A DNA stretch of 64,000 nucleotides from Octopus vulgaris (Eukaryota): contig OX597831.1 of the NCBI GenBank assembly GCA_951406725.2, positions 54,498,001 through 54,562,000 on the forward strand, given 5' to 3'. Each line of letters opens with the position of its first letter. Position 1 is the stretch's first letter. The notes below the pieces were generated by a model, which saw only the letters and a program-made list of their open reading frames with translations, was not told the DNA's origin and did not search any database. The position numbers and the translations under genes are program-made. Shown here one piece after another: positions 49,937 to 62,340 of this stretch.

Positions 49937-50330
49937 AGGTGCAGGAGTGGCTGTGTGGTAAGTAGCTTGCTTACCAACCACATGGTTCCAGGTTCAGTCC
50001 CACTTGCATGGCACTTTGGGCAAGTATCTTCTACTATAGCCTCAAACCGACCAAAGCCTTGTGAGTGGATTTGGTAGACAGAAACTGAAAGAAGTCCGTT
50101 TTATATATGTATATATATGTATGTGTTTGTCCCCCCCCCCCCCAACATCGCTTGACAACCGATGCTGGTGTGTTTACGTCCCTGTAACTTAGCGGTTCAG
50201 CAAAAAGAGACCGATAGAATAAGTACTAGGCTCACAAAGAATAAGTCCTGTGGTTGATTTGCTCAACTAAAGGTGGTGCTCCAGCATGGTCGCAGTCAAA
50301 TGACTGAAACAAGTAAAAGAGTAAAAGAGT
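49937..50330 (+). mobile_element. SINE family A (full length, young)
   Basis: Near-colinear with 5597-5982 and 51522-51930. Confidence 0.9.
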
Positions 50331-50468
50331 CATCCTGAAATCCAAGCATAAATCTGAAATGAAACACTGTTGGTCCCTAGCATTTTGGATAAGGAATTAT
50401 TAGCCCTAGTACATTGCTAATTTCTATTAAGATGTTTTTAAAATATGCCTTGAAGAAATACATAGGGA

Positions 50469-50545
50469 TACTCAACCTTATAATCACTGCTGCATACTCA
50501 ACCTTATAACCACTGCCACATACTCAACATTATAACCACCACTCT
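50469..50545. repeat. ~26-bp minisatellite, 3 units
   Basis: TACTCAAC(C/A)TTATAA(T/C)CAC repeated at about 50470, 50495 and 50521. Confidence 0.75.
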
Positions 50546-50963
50546 CACCGCATGACTTTATACTTCACATACGCAGATCAGATGTTGGCTCTCTTCCAGC
50601 AGACATACAGGCTGGATATCATCTGCATCAATCTCACCAGCCTTTGAGAGCTTGCAAAGGTCATTATATAAAAATATGATTAAAACAATAGACTTAGACT
50701 ATTCATAAATTTATTATGGTAAAGTAGAGAACTTACATAAATTGTCTTTGATTTAAATGGGAGAAAAAAATGAGATGAGCAACAAAATACCTTGATATAC
50801 CAGAAACCTATATAGAAGCATGGACATTAGTAGGGAATGTATATATTGCAAAACATTTTTCCATGTATTTTTTTTTTTATACTTTATAGAAGAAAAGGCA
50901 ATACCTGTGATCTTTCACATTGCCTTCAAGATTGGGAAAACAGAGGAAAAAATTATTACAGTA

Positions 50964-51236
50964 GTTGCCAGCCTCGTCTGGCCCCCGTGCCGGTGACATG
51001 TAAAAAGCACCATCCGATCGTGGCCGTGCCAGCCTCGTCTGGCACCTGTGCAGGTGGCACGTAAAAAGCACCCACTACACTCACAGAGTGGTTGGCGTTA
51101 GGAAGGGCGGCATCCAGCCATAGAAACACTGCCAGATCAGACTGGGCCTGGCGCAGCCCACTGGCTCCCCAGACCCTAGTTGAACCGTCCAACCCATGCT
51201 AGCATGGAAAACGGACGTTAAATGATGATGATGATG
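50964..51236 (+). mobile_element. Short RTE-tailed retroelement with duplicated ~61-bp unit
   Basis: TGCCAGCCTCGTCTGGC...TAAAAAGCACC twice, then GGCGTTAGGAAGGGC, CCAACCCATGCTAGCATGGAAAACGGACGTTAAA(TGA)n. Confidence 0.8.
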
Positions 51237-51521
51237 AAAACAATGGATCATCAATATATCAAGCTATCCTCAGACCTGGAACTCTGTCTGAATGCTAGCA
51301 GAGGGGCGAGATGCTTGTGCTTAACCTGTTTGATGAATTACATAAAAATGAGTACATTCTATCTGATAGGCTTGCACATAGTTTCTTTCTGCTCACTGTT
51401 ACTCACGAGTCTTGGATTGATCCAAAGCTATGACAGAGTACTTTCCCAAAAGTACAATTTGCTGGGATCAAATCAGAATCTTGTGTTACTAAGCAAACTT
51501 AGTAACTTATATAACCATATA

Positions 51522-51930
51522 CGTGCAGGAGTGGCTGTGTGGTAAGTAGCTTGCTAACCAACCACATGGTTCTGGGTTCAGTCCCACTGCATGGCATCTT
51601 GGGCAAGTGTCTTCTGCTATAGCCCCAGGCCGACCAATGCCTTGTGAGTGGATTTGGTTGACGGAAACTGAAAGAAGCCTGTCGTATATATGTATATATA
51701 TGCGTGTGTATATGTTTGTGTGTCTGTGTTTGTCCCCCTAGCATTGCTTGACAACCGATGCTGGTGTGTTTACGTCCCTGTCACTTAGCGGTTTGGCAAA
51801 AAGAGACCGATAGAATAAGTACTGGGCTTACAAAGAATAAGTCCCGGGGTCGATTTGCTCGACTAAAGGCAGTGCTCCAGCATGGCCGCAGTCAAATGAC
51901 TGAAACAAGTAAAAGAAAATAAAAGAAAAA
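51522..51930 (+). mobile_element. SINE family A (full length, young)
   Basis: Complete head, CORE-like segment, internal microsatellite and tail. Confidence 0.9.
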
Positions 51931-52719
51931 TACTTACATTTCCCGATCACCCCTCCCCCTGCATTATACAATGTGGAAAATCATCTATTTATTGCTTCTT
52001 CCAAAGCTAAAATGAATTGACTCAACACATATACTGTATTATGGAATCTCATAGATATATGGTTACACAAGGGAATGCATATATTATACCCTTTGAAAAT
52101 GTAAGACATGTATACATGGAAGAAATGGGAGACCAACTTATCATATAACACTACAATTTGTGAGGTAGAGAGAGTGTTTAGAGGGATATCATACATCGGT
52201 ATGTGTATGTATATGAAAATGTGTATATAAATGTGTCACTAAGGTATTTTTAGTTGTGCTATGTACTGGCTGTGTGTAATTGATGAATAACTCCCATGAA
52301 CGATTTACTGAAGTTTTATGCGTTGCTCATAATATTTTTCGTGTTCATCTTTGAATGATAAATACAAACAATTTATACACATGAGAATAGATAAACTCTG
52401 TAGTTTTGATGAAATAGCTGGTTAGTACTAGTCCGTGACTACACTGTCATGATTGGAGAAATATATTAAATTCAAGACAGCATATCTGTGACTGCCAACT
52501 TCTCGGTTGAATAAGTAGTTGTTAAAATAACTATTGTTATACTGTTTCTGTTTGGGCTGAAAGATAAAAATGAGAATGCGAATGTGTTTTTGTAGTGGTG
52601 GCCTCCAACATCCTGAAGTTTTAGTGTGAAAAATTCATCTATTTCTAAGCCCTGTTAGAAAGGTTCTAGAATGCTGATTGGTCAGTTAATCAGCCAATCA
52701 TGTGAAATGAGTATGCCTA

Positions 52720-53420
52720 AGCTGCAGACATGGCTGTGTGTTAAGAAGCTTGCTTCTCAATCACATAGTTCCAGGATAAGTCCCACTTTATAACACCTTG
52801 GGCAAGTGTTTTCTTCTATAGCCTCGGGCTGATCAAAGCTTTGAGAGTGGATTTGGTAGACGTAAACTGAAAAAAGCCCATTGTATGTGTTTGTCCCCCA
52901 CGACTACTTGACAACTGCTGTTGGTGTGTTTATGTCCCTATAACTTAGTGGTTTGGCAAGAGGTGGGTGGTGACCCCCTTCGGTCAGACACTGACCATGG
53001 GTTTGCACCTAGAGAGTTACCCTCTGAGGCACAAGTCTGGGCAAGGTTGTTTTATGGAAGACCAGCAGTCGCCCATGCATACCGGCCTCCCCTCTCCACG
53101 TCACTGATGTTGTCCAAGGGAAAGGCAAGGGCCGATACAGCTTGGCACCTGTGACGTCGCAACTCATTTCTACAGCTGAGTGAACTGGAGCAACGTGAAA
53201 TAAAGTGTCTTGCTCAAGAACACAAGACGCAGCCCGGTCCGGGATTCGAGCTCACAACCTCACGATCATAAGCTCGACGCTCTAACCACTGAGCCACACA
53301 CCTTCACTCTAAGAGGTACAAATAAGATAAATATGAAGGTTAAAAAAATAAATCCTGGGATTAGATTGTTTGGCCAAAACCCTTCAAGGCAGTGTCCCAA
53401 CATGGCTCTGCTTCAAATGT
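52720..53420 (+). mobile_element. SINE family A interrupted by a family C SINE
   Basis: Head and body at 52720-52960; remainder and tail (GTGTCCCAACATGGCT) at 53311-53420. Confidence 0.72.
52965..53310 (-). mobile_element. tRNA-derived CORE-type SINE, family C
   Basis: Minus strand GTGGCTCAGTGGTTAGAGCG...GCTCGAATCCCGG (A/B boxes), then TGTGTTCTTGAGCAAGACACTTTA...CTCAGCTGTAGAAATGAG. Candidate 7-bp TSD AAGAGGT (52958-52964, 53311-53317). Confidence 0.82.
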
Positions 53421-53559
53421 TTTACATAATCTTAAAAAGGGGATATCTTTGTAAACACAAAATCTCATTCTGAAATGAAAGAATTATCTCATAGATACAT
53501 AATTGAAGTAGAACCATGCAATTTGATAGTGTTAATAAGAGTGAATTAGGTACAGTTTA

Positions 53560-53768
53560 AGCTTGTAGTTTCAGAATACCCTGTCAAATGTAATGCTTAC
53601 TTATTCACATTTTTAAAAAATTAATCATGCATTATCTCATAGCTTTGAGATTTCAATGATGTGATTACTTTTAAATGACATTGTAGCATAGGTGTGAGGC
53701 TGGATCTGGCTGGTTTGAACATAAAAGAATATTTTGGCCAAATATGGCTAGTTTAAATGCCAAGGAGG
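53560..53768. mobile_element. piggyBac-type MITE (18739 family, inverted, diverged)
   Basis: TTAA at both ends; interior matches 34075-34258. Confidence 0.6.
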
Positions 53769-55057
53769 TTAAAGGAAATAACTACAGACCTATGAAAATT
53801 TGTTAGCATGTCAGATATTTTCTACAAACTCCTTTGATATTTCTCTAAGACTGTACAGCTACAGCATGCTTATGTTTTTAGTACTTAAATTCTATATAAG
53901 TAGTATAATTCTGTAACAATATCTTGTTAGGAGTTTGTAATGAAATAGTGGCTTTCTTAATATTACACAGATATAAAATTCTATCTACATATAAAATTCT
54001 TCCACCAATCAATTTATATGAAAGATGATGGCAGCATACAAATTATGATTTTGGCATAATTGCTTACTCTTGATTAAGCACTACAGACAAAAAGACAATT
54101 TCTGGGAATTTTTTTTTTGACAAACAATATGATAATTGAGAACTACTGTTTCTAATATTTCCAGTTAACTGATATACTAATTCATTCTGAAATATTCCAT
54201 TGTTTTTGATGAACATTTTGGAAACAAAAGAGTGATATCAATACTCTTAGTAAACTATATTATAGATATATAAAGTTTTTGTCAGTAATTGTCACTTCAT
54301 CAGATGAAATGGAAGTAAGTGATGAAAGATCCACTCTGAAAAACGATATAGAGAACAAACCATTTAGATTTCGATAAATTTCAACACCTCACAGAAACAT
54401 CTGCTGCAGGAAGATCAGTTTCATGAAATCATATGTCTAGTGAATAAATAGCTGGACGTTGTGGAGAATGGCATAGAAATCAGAGCTGAATTGCTACATA
54501 TTTCCACAATCTTAACTACTGAGCAAATGCTTGGCAGCTGAAATGGTTTGTATGAGATGGGGGAGAAATGGGGGAAAATGCTAAAGGGAAAGGACTTGAT
54601 ACATCAAGTGACATAATGAAAGTGAAAAGCCAGTACCATTTGCTTTAACTTGGAGAAATGAAAAAGATAAATAATAAACTGATCTCAGTTAAATTCCTTC
54701 TGGTTTTTAGTTTAACTAACATTTTTGCTGTAAAGTACAAATCAACCTTCAACCAAGTGAAAACAAAATTTTTCGCACACATTAACATGTTTCTGCAAGA
54801 ACGACATACTTTCCAGGAACTTGTCTACATTGTGAATGTACCTCTATCTTCACATCTTCATTTGGAAGTTATCAAACTATTCACATGTTTCAATTATCTT
54901 TAAAAAAATTAGGAAACAAGTAAGTTGGTAAATACTTCAAGAAATTTGATGGAAATTACCATATGTGGAAGGGAAAAAGTACTGGTGTTTAGGTGGCATG
55001 ATGTAGACCAGAAACTAGAAAACATGGTCTGCCCAAAATATCTATATTTAGATATAA

Positions 55058-55217
55058 GTGTAGGTATGGCTGTGTGGTAAAAAGCTTGTTTCCTAGCTAA
55101 ATGGTTCTGGGTTCAGTCCCACTGCATGGCACCTTGGGCAGGTGTCTTCTATTATGACCTCAGGCCAATCAAAACCTTGTGAGCATATTTGGTAGATGGT
55201 AACTGAAAGAAGCCCTA

Positions 55218-55240
<23 letters not shown>
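55058..55240 (+). mobile_element. SINE family A, 5' half
   Basis: TGGCTGTGTGGTAA...GGGTTCAGTCCCACTGCATGGCACCTTGGGCA ending in (TG)n. Confidence 0.8.
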
Positions 55241-55252
<12 letters not shown>

Positions 55253-57118
55253 AATGTGAGTTTTAGAAGAGTATATTAACTGGGCAGATACTGTTATGTT
55301 CCAGGTTATGGCTGTGTCAATTAGTATTTAACATTTTTGACTATTATGAGTTATCACTCATGCTGTAAATTCTTCCAATGGATAATTTCATATTCGCTTC
55401 CCTGGATGGTAATATTATATGGAGTGTATATTAGCAATAATGATATAGAATATGTATCTTACCTTATAGCAAGGCACCTGTGCCTGTCACTCTGTCATAC
55501 TTTAGCTGCTCATCACAGAGCATAAAGCCATCTTTTCTATTATAACACCCCTTAGTCAAGGAGTATTTTGTTTGTGTTGAAAGTTATTTGGTTACCTCTC
55601 TAATGCTACAATAAAAAAGAAACCCCCCAAAATATCCAGTACACACTGTAAAGTGGTTGACATTAGGAAGGGTATTAAAGTGTAGAAACCATGCCAAAAA
55701 AGACATTGGAGCTCAATGCAGTTTTCCAGCCCCAGTTGGATCCTGTCTAATCGTCCAACTTTTGCCATCATGGAAGACAAGCTTAAAATATAATGCTGAT
55801 ATGGGCAAATTGATATTACTCACTTGTTGTTCTTTTTACATTATAACCTTAGCAAGAACTCAAAAAACTACTTATATTTATTGCATAACCCCACTATTTT
55901 TAATAGATGGCCTGCAGTTATGTAGTACAAGCAAATACAGAATACTCAGAGATGTGATAATGTGTGTGCCTGCATGTGCTTTCAGATGAACAGCTACAAT
56001 ATATTTCTTAGTCTTGTGGGTCAAAAGTATTTAGAGTATTAAAGAAAAAAAAAAAGTTTGTAACCATATACTCTTGGGTTTTTAGTATCACAGCACTGTT
56101 TCAGCCGGTGGGTTAACCTAGTTCAATCATGCCTTGAGTGTGGAACATATAATGTGGCCTGATGGTGTAATGAATTGTCACAGTCTTAATTTACAATTCA
56201 ATAAATAAATAAATAAATAAGTGAAATAAGTGTGTCACTCAACTCTTAAATAGTGAAATAGTGTTTGTGTTATATATTGTTGCTTGGTTGCTTTGAAGTA
56301 TTGTGGCTTTTGCCCTGTTAGAACAACTGCGCGCACACACACACACACACTTGTAATACATAAGGATGCATGTAATAAAATGTCACTAAATTTGCTCTCA
56401 GTTATGAGGTTTGTACCACATTTTATTCAATTCTTTCTACAACTAGAATAATGGCTGTCCACAGCAAGTAAATTCTTCTCATGTTCGGCAGGTGAAGTTT
56501 TGTTGTTAGCTCTAGTGTTTCATTGAATCTTCGATATTAAGCAATAATAAAGTTGTTGATCTGTTGGTTAGTTGATTAAATCTGTTGGTTTCAGATTTCT
56601 GGCTGGAGTTATTTTTCATTATTTACGTCACTAATAATTTTGATAAAAGCATGTCACAATGTATTTTCTTCCCACATCAGAGACTATGTATATCTTAAGG
56701 AGTTAAGCTGCTATCTGTTTGGTCAGTCTATTCGACTACTTAGTATTATTAACCAATATAGATGAGTATCAAATTAACTGCTTAATTAAACTGAATTAAT
56801 GGCTAAGATTTTCAGTGCTGATGATATTAAGACATTATGATAATCATTTGAAGACAGGAGAGTTGTTATTCTTTTGTATTACAAATTGATGATTGTAATG
56901 CTTAATAAATGAACATCACTGAATAAAATTGTGTGAAATACCTTTGTAATAGTTATAGCAAGAAATTGCTCTAAAAAATTCTTTTTTTCCCCTTTTATTT
57001 GTAAAAAAAATGTTGCATTGAAGACTGTCAAATAATTCATCATTAATGCTGCTAATACTGTTATTATCTTTTCAGTTACATTTGGTAATAATTGTTTTTA
57101 TTATATTTTATTTTTCAG

Positions 57119-57241
57119 ACTCATATTTCTGTGGGACCAGGTCATGGACCAAAAACTCCTTCGTTGGGGACGGCTAGAGATCGTGAAAAGAAAATCGGTC
57201 ATCGGAGGGTGGACGAATCAGGTGTTGTGACATATAAAAAG
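57119..57241 (+). CDS. PIP5K1: Coding exon of a type I phosphatidylinositol-4-phosphate 5-kinase
   Basis: TTTTATTTTTCAG acceptor and AAG|GTACGT donor; 123 nt, phase 0-0. THISVGPGHGPKTPSLGTARDREKKIGHRRVDESGVVTYKK contains the KIGHR-VD-SG-TYKK motif that precedes the kinase core in animal PIP5K1 proteins. Confidence 0.9.
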
Positions 57242-57713
57242 GTACGTTCATTAAATTGTTTTTTTAAATTTGTCTACATTGTCTTAAGATATGCTTAAGC
57301 TAAATTCAACTAAAGAACTGGTTATTGCTTTTAGCCGTCTGTGTTATTTCTTCTTGGAATTTTTAAAATCTAAATATATGAACAAGTGGTCTGTTCCTTC
57401 TCAACCAAAAAAGATTTTAGATAGATTTGCTAATAAATGCTCTGTGGATAAACACTCCCTATCATTGATGTTTAAAGAGATGGGAAAATAATTTTCTTAT
57501 CTAAAGAACATAATTTTTAGAGAAAAAAAAAAAAACACAAATGTAATGCCAAGAAATACAAAATGAAAAATTAATTATAGGGTGGCAGCACCAAGCAGTG
57601 ATTTATATAAATACAGTCTTGTTATCGGTTCAAATATTTTGGGGGCATATTTGAACCAATAAGAAAAAGCCGTTCACTGTGGTTTGTCTTGGAGAAAATT
57701 TGTCACTGTAGAC

Positions 57714-60700
57714 CAGAGATGGGGAAACCCCCACTCATGGGTGTGACTGCAGCTGCAAGCACATTTTATTGTGCCCACATGCTGATATACTCATATGTAC
57801 AAAATAAAATTAATTTTTCAGTTATAAAATTTATACAATTCTCGTAAACCTATTTATGACATAGGTTGGGTTTCTACCATGATTTAAAATAGTCAAACTC
57901 TAACAGAAATCTCCATTTGAATAGAAATTTTATTTTCATTATAAAACACACATTGCTAGATTTGTACCTCCCCCTTAAGACCCAACAACACTTTAGCTGA
58001 GAAAACTAAAACTATATTGCATGTATTGAAATAATTTTTATATGAAATGAAAGCTGAAGGGTTGTAGAAGATAGTGTAAAAATTATTCATATCCAAATTT
58101 AAATTTTCCTCTCTATTTTATTTTTTACGTTTTAACAAAAAAGTCTCCGAAATCGACGCTTCACCCTCTTTCTGTCAATTGATAAGCTAAAAATACTTAA
58201 AAACCTATTAAAAATCAAAAACAAATCGGTAAAGCTTCATCGAAACAGAAACTACTAATTTGGTGCTTTGTGAACAGGATTATAAAAAAATATTACATTT
58301 TTCCTTGAAAAAGCAGTGAAAAAATAATGTTTTTCAAAAGGGGTGTCGCATTTTTGCTATCAGTTGGTGTCAAGAAGGTCAACAGGAGTTACTTTCATCT
58401 GCTATCAGCTTATCGGTTATCACCCTTCCCTATCAACTCACTTGTCAACACCTGTGTGGACAAGGGAGAGAGAAAAATCAAGTTAAACCTTGCAGAACCA
58501 AGCAATATCTTAATTTTTATAATTTATACTTTTTACTATTTTTATAACCCTAAATGCATGCATTACCACTTGGCTTTTGTTTTTCCCAGGCAGTGGTTGT
58601 AACAAAAATTCCGAAAGTGATAATATAAATTTAACCAGTTTATAACTTTGTTCAATCAATTTTTTAATACCCTTATCAATATGACAAGCATTTATAAAAA
58701 GAAGTGCTGGTGAATGTGCTTTGTTTGATGAAAAATGGACTGAGATTTATTTTTTTTAGTGAAATAGATGACAAGTGCATTTGTATCATCTGCAACGAAC
58801 AAGTAGCCGTTCATAAAAAATATAATATAGAGAGACATTTTGTGAGTAAGCATAAGACCTATGGAAAGTTGAAAGAATCTGAACGTTTTGACATTAGCCT
58901 CCTTGAAAGAAAATTTGACCAAAAGACAAGCTTTTTTTAAAAGGCCAATTCTTGAAAGTTAATCAGTTACTTGAGCTAATCATTCGGTATACGAAAATAT
59001 TGCTAAAAACCTCAAACCACATAGCGATGGTGAATTTGTGAAAGAATGTATCCTTACTGATGTTGAGAATATATGCCCAGAAAAATTTAATTTGTTTGGA
59101 AATTTTAGCTTATCAAGAAGAACTATTTCTGATCATATTAAAGATATTACTGAGGACATTCAAAATTCTCTAAAATCTGATTCAGCAGAATTCATATTGT
59201 ATTCATTAGCTATTGAGGAAACAACTGATCTGTCTAATACTGCTCAGATGGCAATATTTATATGCGCAATAACTGCAAAATTCAACATTCGGGGAGAATT
59301 TCTTGCCTTGAAATCAATGCATAGAACAACTAGAGGTGAAGATTTATTTCAAATGATCAACTCAGCCTTGAAAGATTTTGATTTACCATATGAAAAAATG
59401 AGTGGTCTTGCTACAGAGGTCGCACCATCTATGGTAGGTCATGAAAAAGGGTTCATAGCTCTGACTAAGAACGAATTTAAGAAACGTCTTTTGGATCCAG
59501 AAACTTTGTGCACTGCTTTATTCAGAAGGAAAGTTTATGTGCAAAATCTCTAGAGATGGGTAATGTAATGAAAGTTGTAACTAAGGTCATTAGTTTGATA
59601 AAAAGCAAAGGGTTGAATAATAGGAAATTTAAAGAACTTTTGAAATAGCTTGAAGCTGAATATAGGGAGTTATTGTACATTGTGAAATTAAGTGGTCAAA
59701 TAAGGACCAAATGCTTAAGCAATTTTATGAACTGAAGGAAGAAGTGAACATTTTTATGGATATTAAGCAGTGTTCCTATTATAGAACTGGAAGATAAAAA
59801 GTTTCAAAGTGGTTTAGCATTTTTAGTAGATATAATTAGTCACTTAAATAATTTGAACTTGAAACTACAAGGCTCCAATCAGCTAATAACCAGTTTGCTT
59901 TCTCATATCAAAAACTTAGAATTGATACTTCATTTATTTGTCACACAATTGAAAAGAAAGTGCTTCACACATTTTGCAAAATTGAGTGAACAAAATCCTG
60001 AATCAACAAAGGAATATTCTGATAAGTGTGAAAGTCTTTTGAAGAAATTTGAAAGTAGATTTGAAGAAATACAAGATAAAATTGAACTACATGTTTTTGA
60101 AACACCTTTTGATATGTGTCCTGAGGGGGCTTCAGATTCCTTACAATTAGAATTGATTTGCAGTTGGATAACTTAATAAAATCAAAATATAGTAATCAGT
60201 CTTTATTGGACTTCTACAAGCCCATCAATCCTGAGAAACCCTCCCATTTACATAAAAATTCCTTGAAATTTGTATCTCAATTTTTGACAATTAATCAATG
60301 TGAGCACTTTTTTTTTTATTCCAAATTGAATTATGCAAAAAAATTGTCTTTGTACCAGACTTACTAACAAAAAACTTCAGTATTGAACTAAGAATAGCAG
60401 TTTCTTCAAAGACTTGATATTCCTAAACTTTCAAAAAAAAAAAAAAAAAAAAGTAGTTTCATCCTTCTTACTAAACAAAGCCAAATTTTAAAGTTTGGTT
60501 AATTAGCTTTGATAAAATTATTACTAGGATAAATTTGTTTAAATATATCATTTACAGATAATATTATTTAGGTATTAATGTAATTTTTCAAAATTCAATT
60601 TGGTCTGTGCTTGACTGTTATGATTTCTCCAACATAAGGATAGGTACATTTTGAAAAATATAGAATACCTCATAAGTAATACAAATGTCCTAAATTCAGT

Positions 60701-60875
60701 GACGGTGTTGAAGATGTTGCGTGTTAATTCAGTGTGTTAAACTTACCTTTATTAATGGATATCAAATTATACATAGATATATACACAGATACAAGAATCA
60801 GAACTTGTGATCTGCCTGCAGACCTTTTTCTTTGGAAATTTTTGCTCGCCACACTTAAAAGTTACCCCACCCCTG
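57714..60875 (+). mobile_element. hAT transposon (Charlie/Buster/SPIN-like), non-functional
   Basis: 8-bp TSD CTGTAGAC (57706-57713, 60876-60883) with central TA. TIRs CAGAGATGGGGAAAC / CAGGGGTGGGGTAAC (12/15). Confidence 0.92.
58681..60470 (+). pseudogene. hAT transposase pseudogene (GTF2IRD2/EPM2AIP1-like)
   Basis: BED-like CIICNEQVAVHKKYNIERHFVSKH, LSRRTI, YSLAIEETTDLSNTAQMAIF, TTRGEDLF, LATEVAPSMVG and LNLKLQG. Many frameshifts and stops. Confidence 0.88.
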
Positions 60876-61080
60876 CTGTAGACAAATGGTGTAAATACAC
60901 CTAAAATCAGCTCGCAGCGCAACCTACCCAGACTGTGAGATGCAAGCATTTTGTAGTGGTTATCTCCTCTTCAGTCAGAAACTGGACAGAGTGTGCTGCG
61001 AGCTGGTAAGAGAGAGATCATCTCTCTTAAGATATTCCAGTCATCACTGGTTGTGCTATCTGGTGGCCCACCATAAACAG

Positions 61081-61252
61081 ATTATAGGGTGGCAGTGATT
61101 TGCATAAATACAAGGTTATTACCAATTCAAATATGCTTGGGGCATGTTTGAGCCAGTAAGAAAGCCATTCACTGTTTTGTCTTGCAGAATATTTCTTGTT
61201 GTATACAAGTGGTGCAAATACACCTAAAATCAGCTCTCAGCACCATCTACCC
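61081..61252 (+). repeat. Uninterrupted copy of the repeat that hosts the hAT insertion
   Basis: Aligns to 57574-57713 joined to 60884-60929 (ATTATAGGGTGGCAG...AAATACACCTAAAATCAGCTC). Confidence 0.8.
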
Positions 61253-61314
61253 TTGTATTTGGAAAAATAAGCTGTATTAGCTATGAATATATACAACGGA
61301 TAAAAAATCAAGAT

Positions 61315-62340
61315 CTTAATGGGTAGTTGTGAAAGTAACTATGCATTTACTTCTCATAAATACCAACAAAGTTAGCCATATTGCATGGTTTAACATGAAA
61401 TTGCTACATAAATTTATTGACAAATGTTACAACCACAGCCATTAACTGGTTTATTCTCTTTGAGCACTTTCCCTAGGTTCTTTTCTTTTTTACTTTCCAA
61501 AGTTGCCTGACCATCAGTTGGTCTTTTTTTTTTTGGAAACAGACTTCATCTTTTTTTCTGTTTTTTGTCCAGCACTGAAATTTTCTGAGAAGCATAGACT
61601 TTATGTTGCCTGTTACTGTTTGTTGATACTAAGTGATCCTCACTCTCTTGTATTCATTAACAATATGGAAGAAAGTATGTGCTTAAAGACTGCTTTCATG
61701 TCCCTCCTACTCAACTTGACCTTTACTGATTCATAAAATCTATACCAATCATGTATTTCATGTCAAATTTGATGATATTGAGGCAAATGGCTTTTCTTTG
61801 TTCTGTCATCTGGTGACGTACTTTTCTTCATTAGTATAATAAAATCATTAAATTCTTCTTATCTTTTCAAAGTTTGATAACATAATAACCTCTTTTTAAA
61901 TTTCCCCTTATTGATACATCTCAGCCTCCTTTTTCTGTTTGGTCAAACTGTTTCACACCTTATTATTAATTTTTTCCAAAAGTTTCAGGAATAAATCTGA
62001 AGGAGAGTAAAGGCTATTGCAATAAACATGATGGCCTAAGTAGAATATCATTCATCATAATCTTTTAGTATCCATATGCCATACTGGCATCAATTAGCTT
62101 GACTGGATTCGATAGGTCAGAGAACTGTGTTGAGCTCAAATCCATTATTATTCTTCCTCTCAGATTTTCTACAGAAATACAATTGATTTTCCAGTATAAA
62201 TTTCAAGTAAATTATCATTGGAATCGTTGGAATTGTTTTGAAATAAAACTTTATAGGTTTTAATGGAATATATTGTTTGAATTCCAAATAGTTCTTGTAA
62301 GAAATCACAGCTTCATCAATAAAATCTTTTATATGTGGGT
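61315..62340 (-). pseudogene. Highly decayed piggyBac (PGBD-like) transposase relic
   Basis: IDEAVISYKNYLEFKQYIPLKPIKFYFK matches the piggyBac DE.M..F.G...FKQY.P.KP.K.G motif. The downstream remainder is barely readable, so the left boundary is uncertain. Confidence 0.55.

Noticed and set aside
53225-53307. tRNA-like sequence with A and B boxes (also the heads at 5597, 49937, 51522)
   Set aside because: SINE heads that continue into CORE-like bodies and lack a proper acceptor stem; not tRNA genes.
58681-60470. Domesticated GTF2IRD2/ZBED-like host gene
   Set aside because: Multiple stops and frameshifts plus intact TIRs and TSD show a dead transposon copy.
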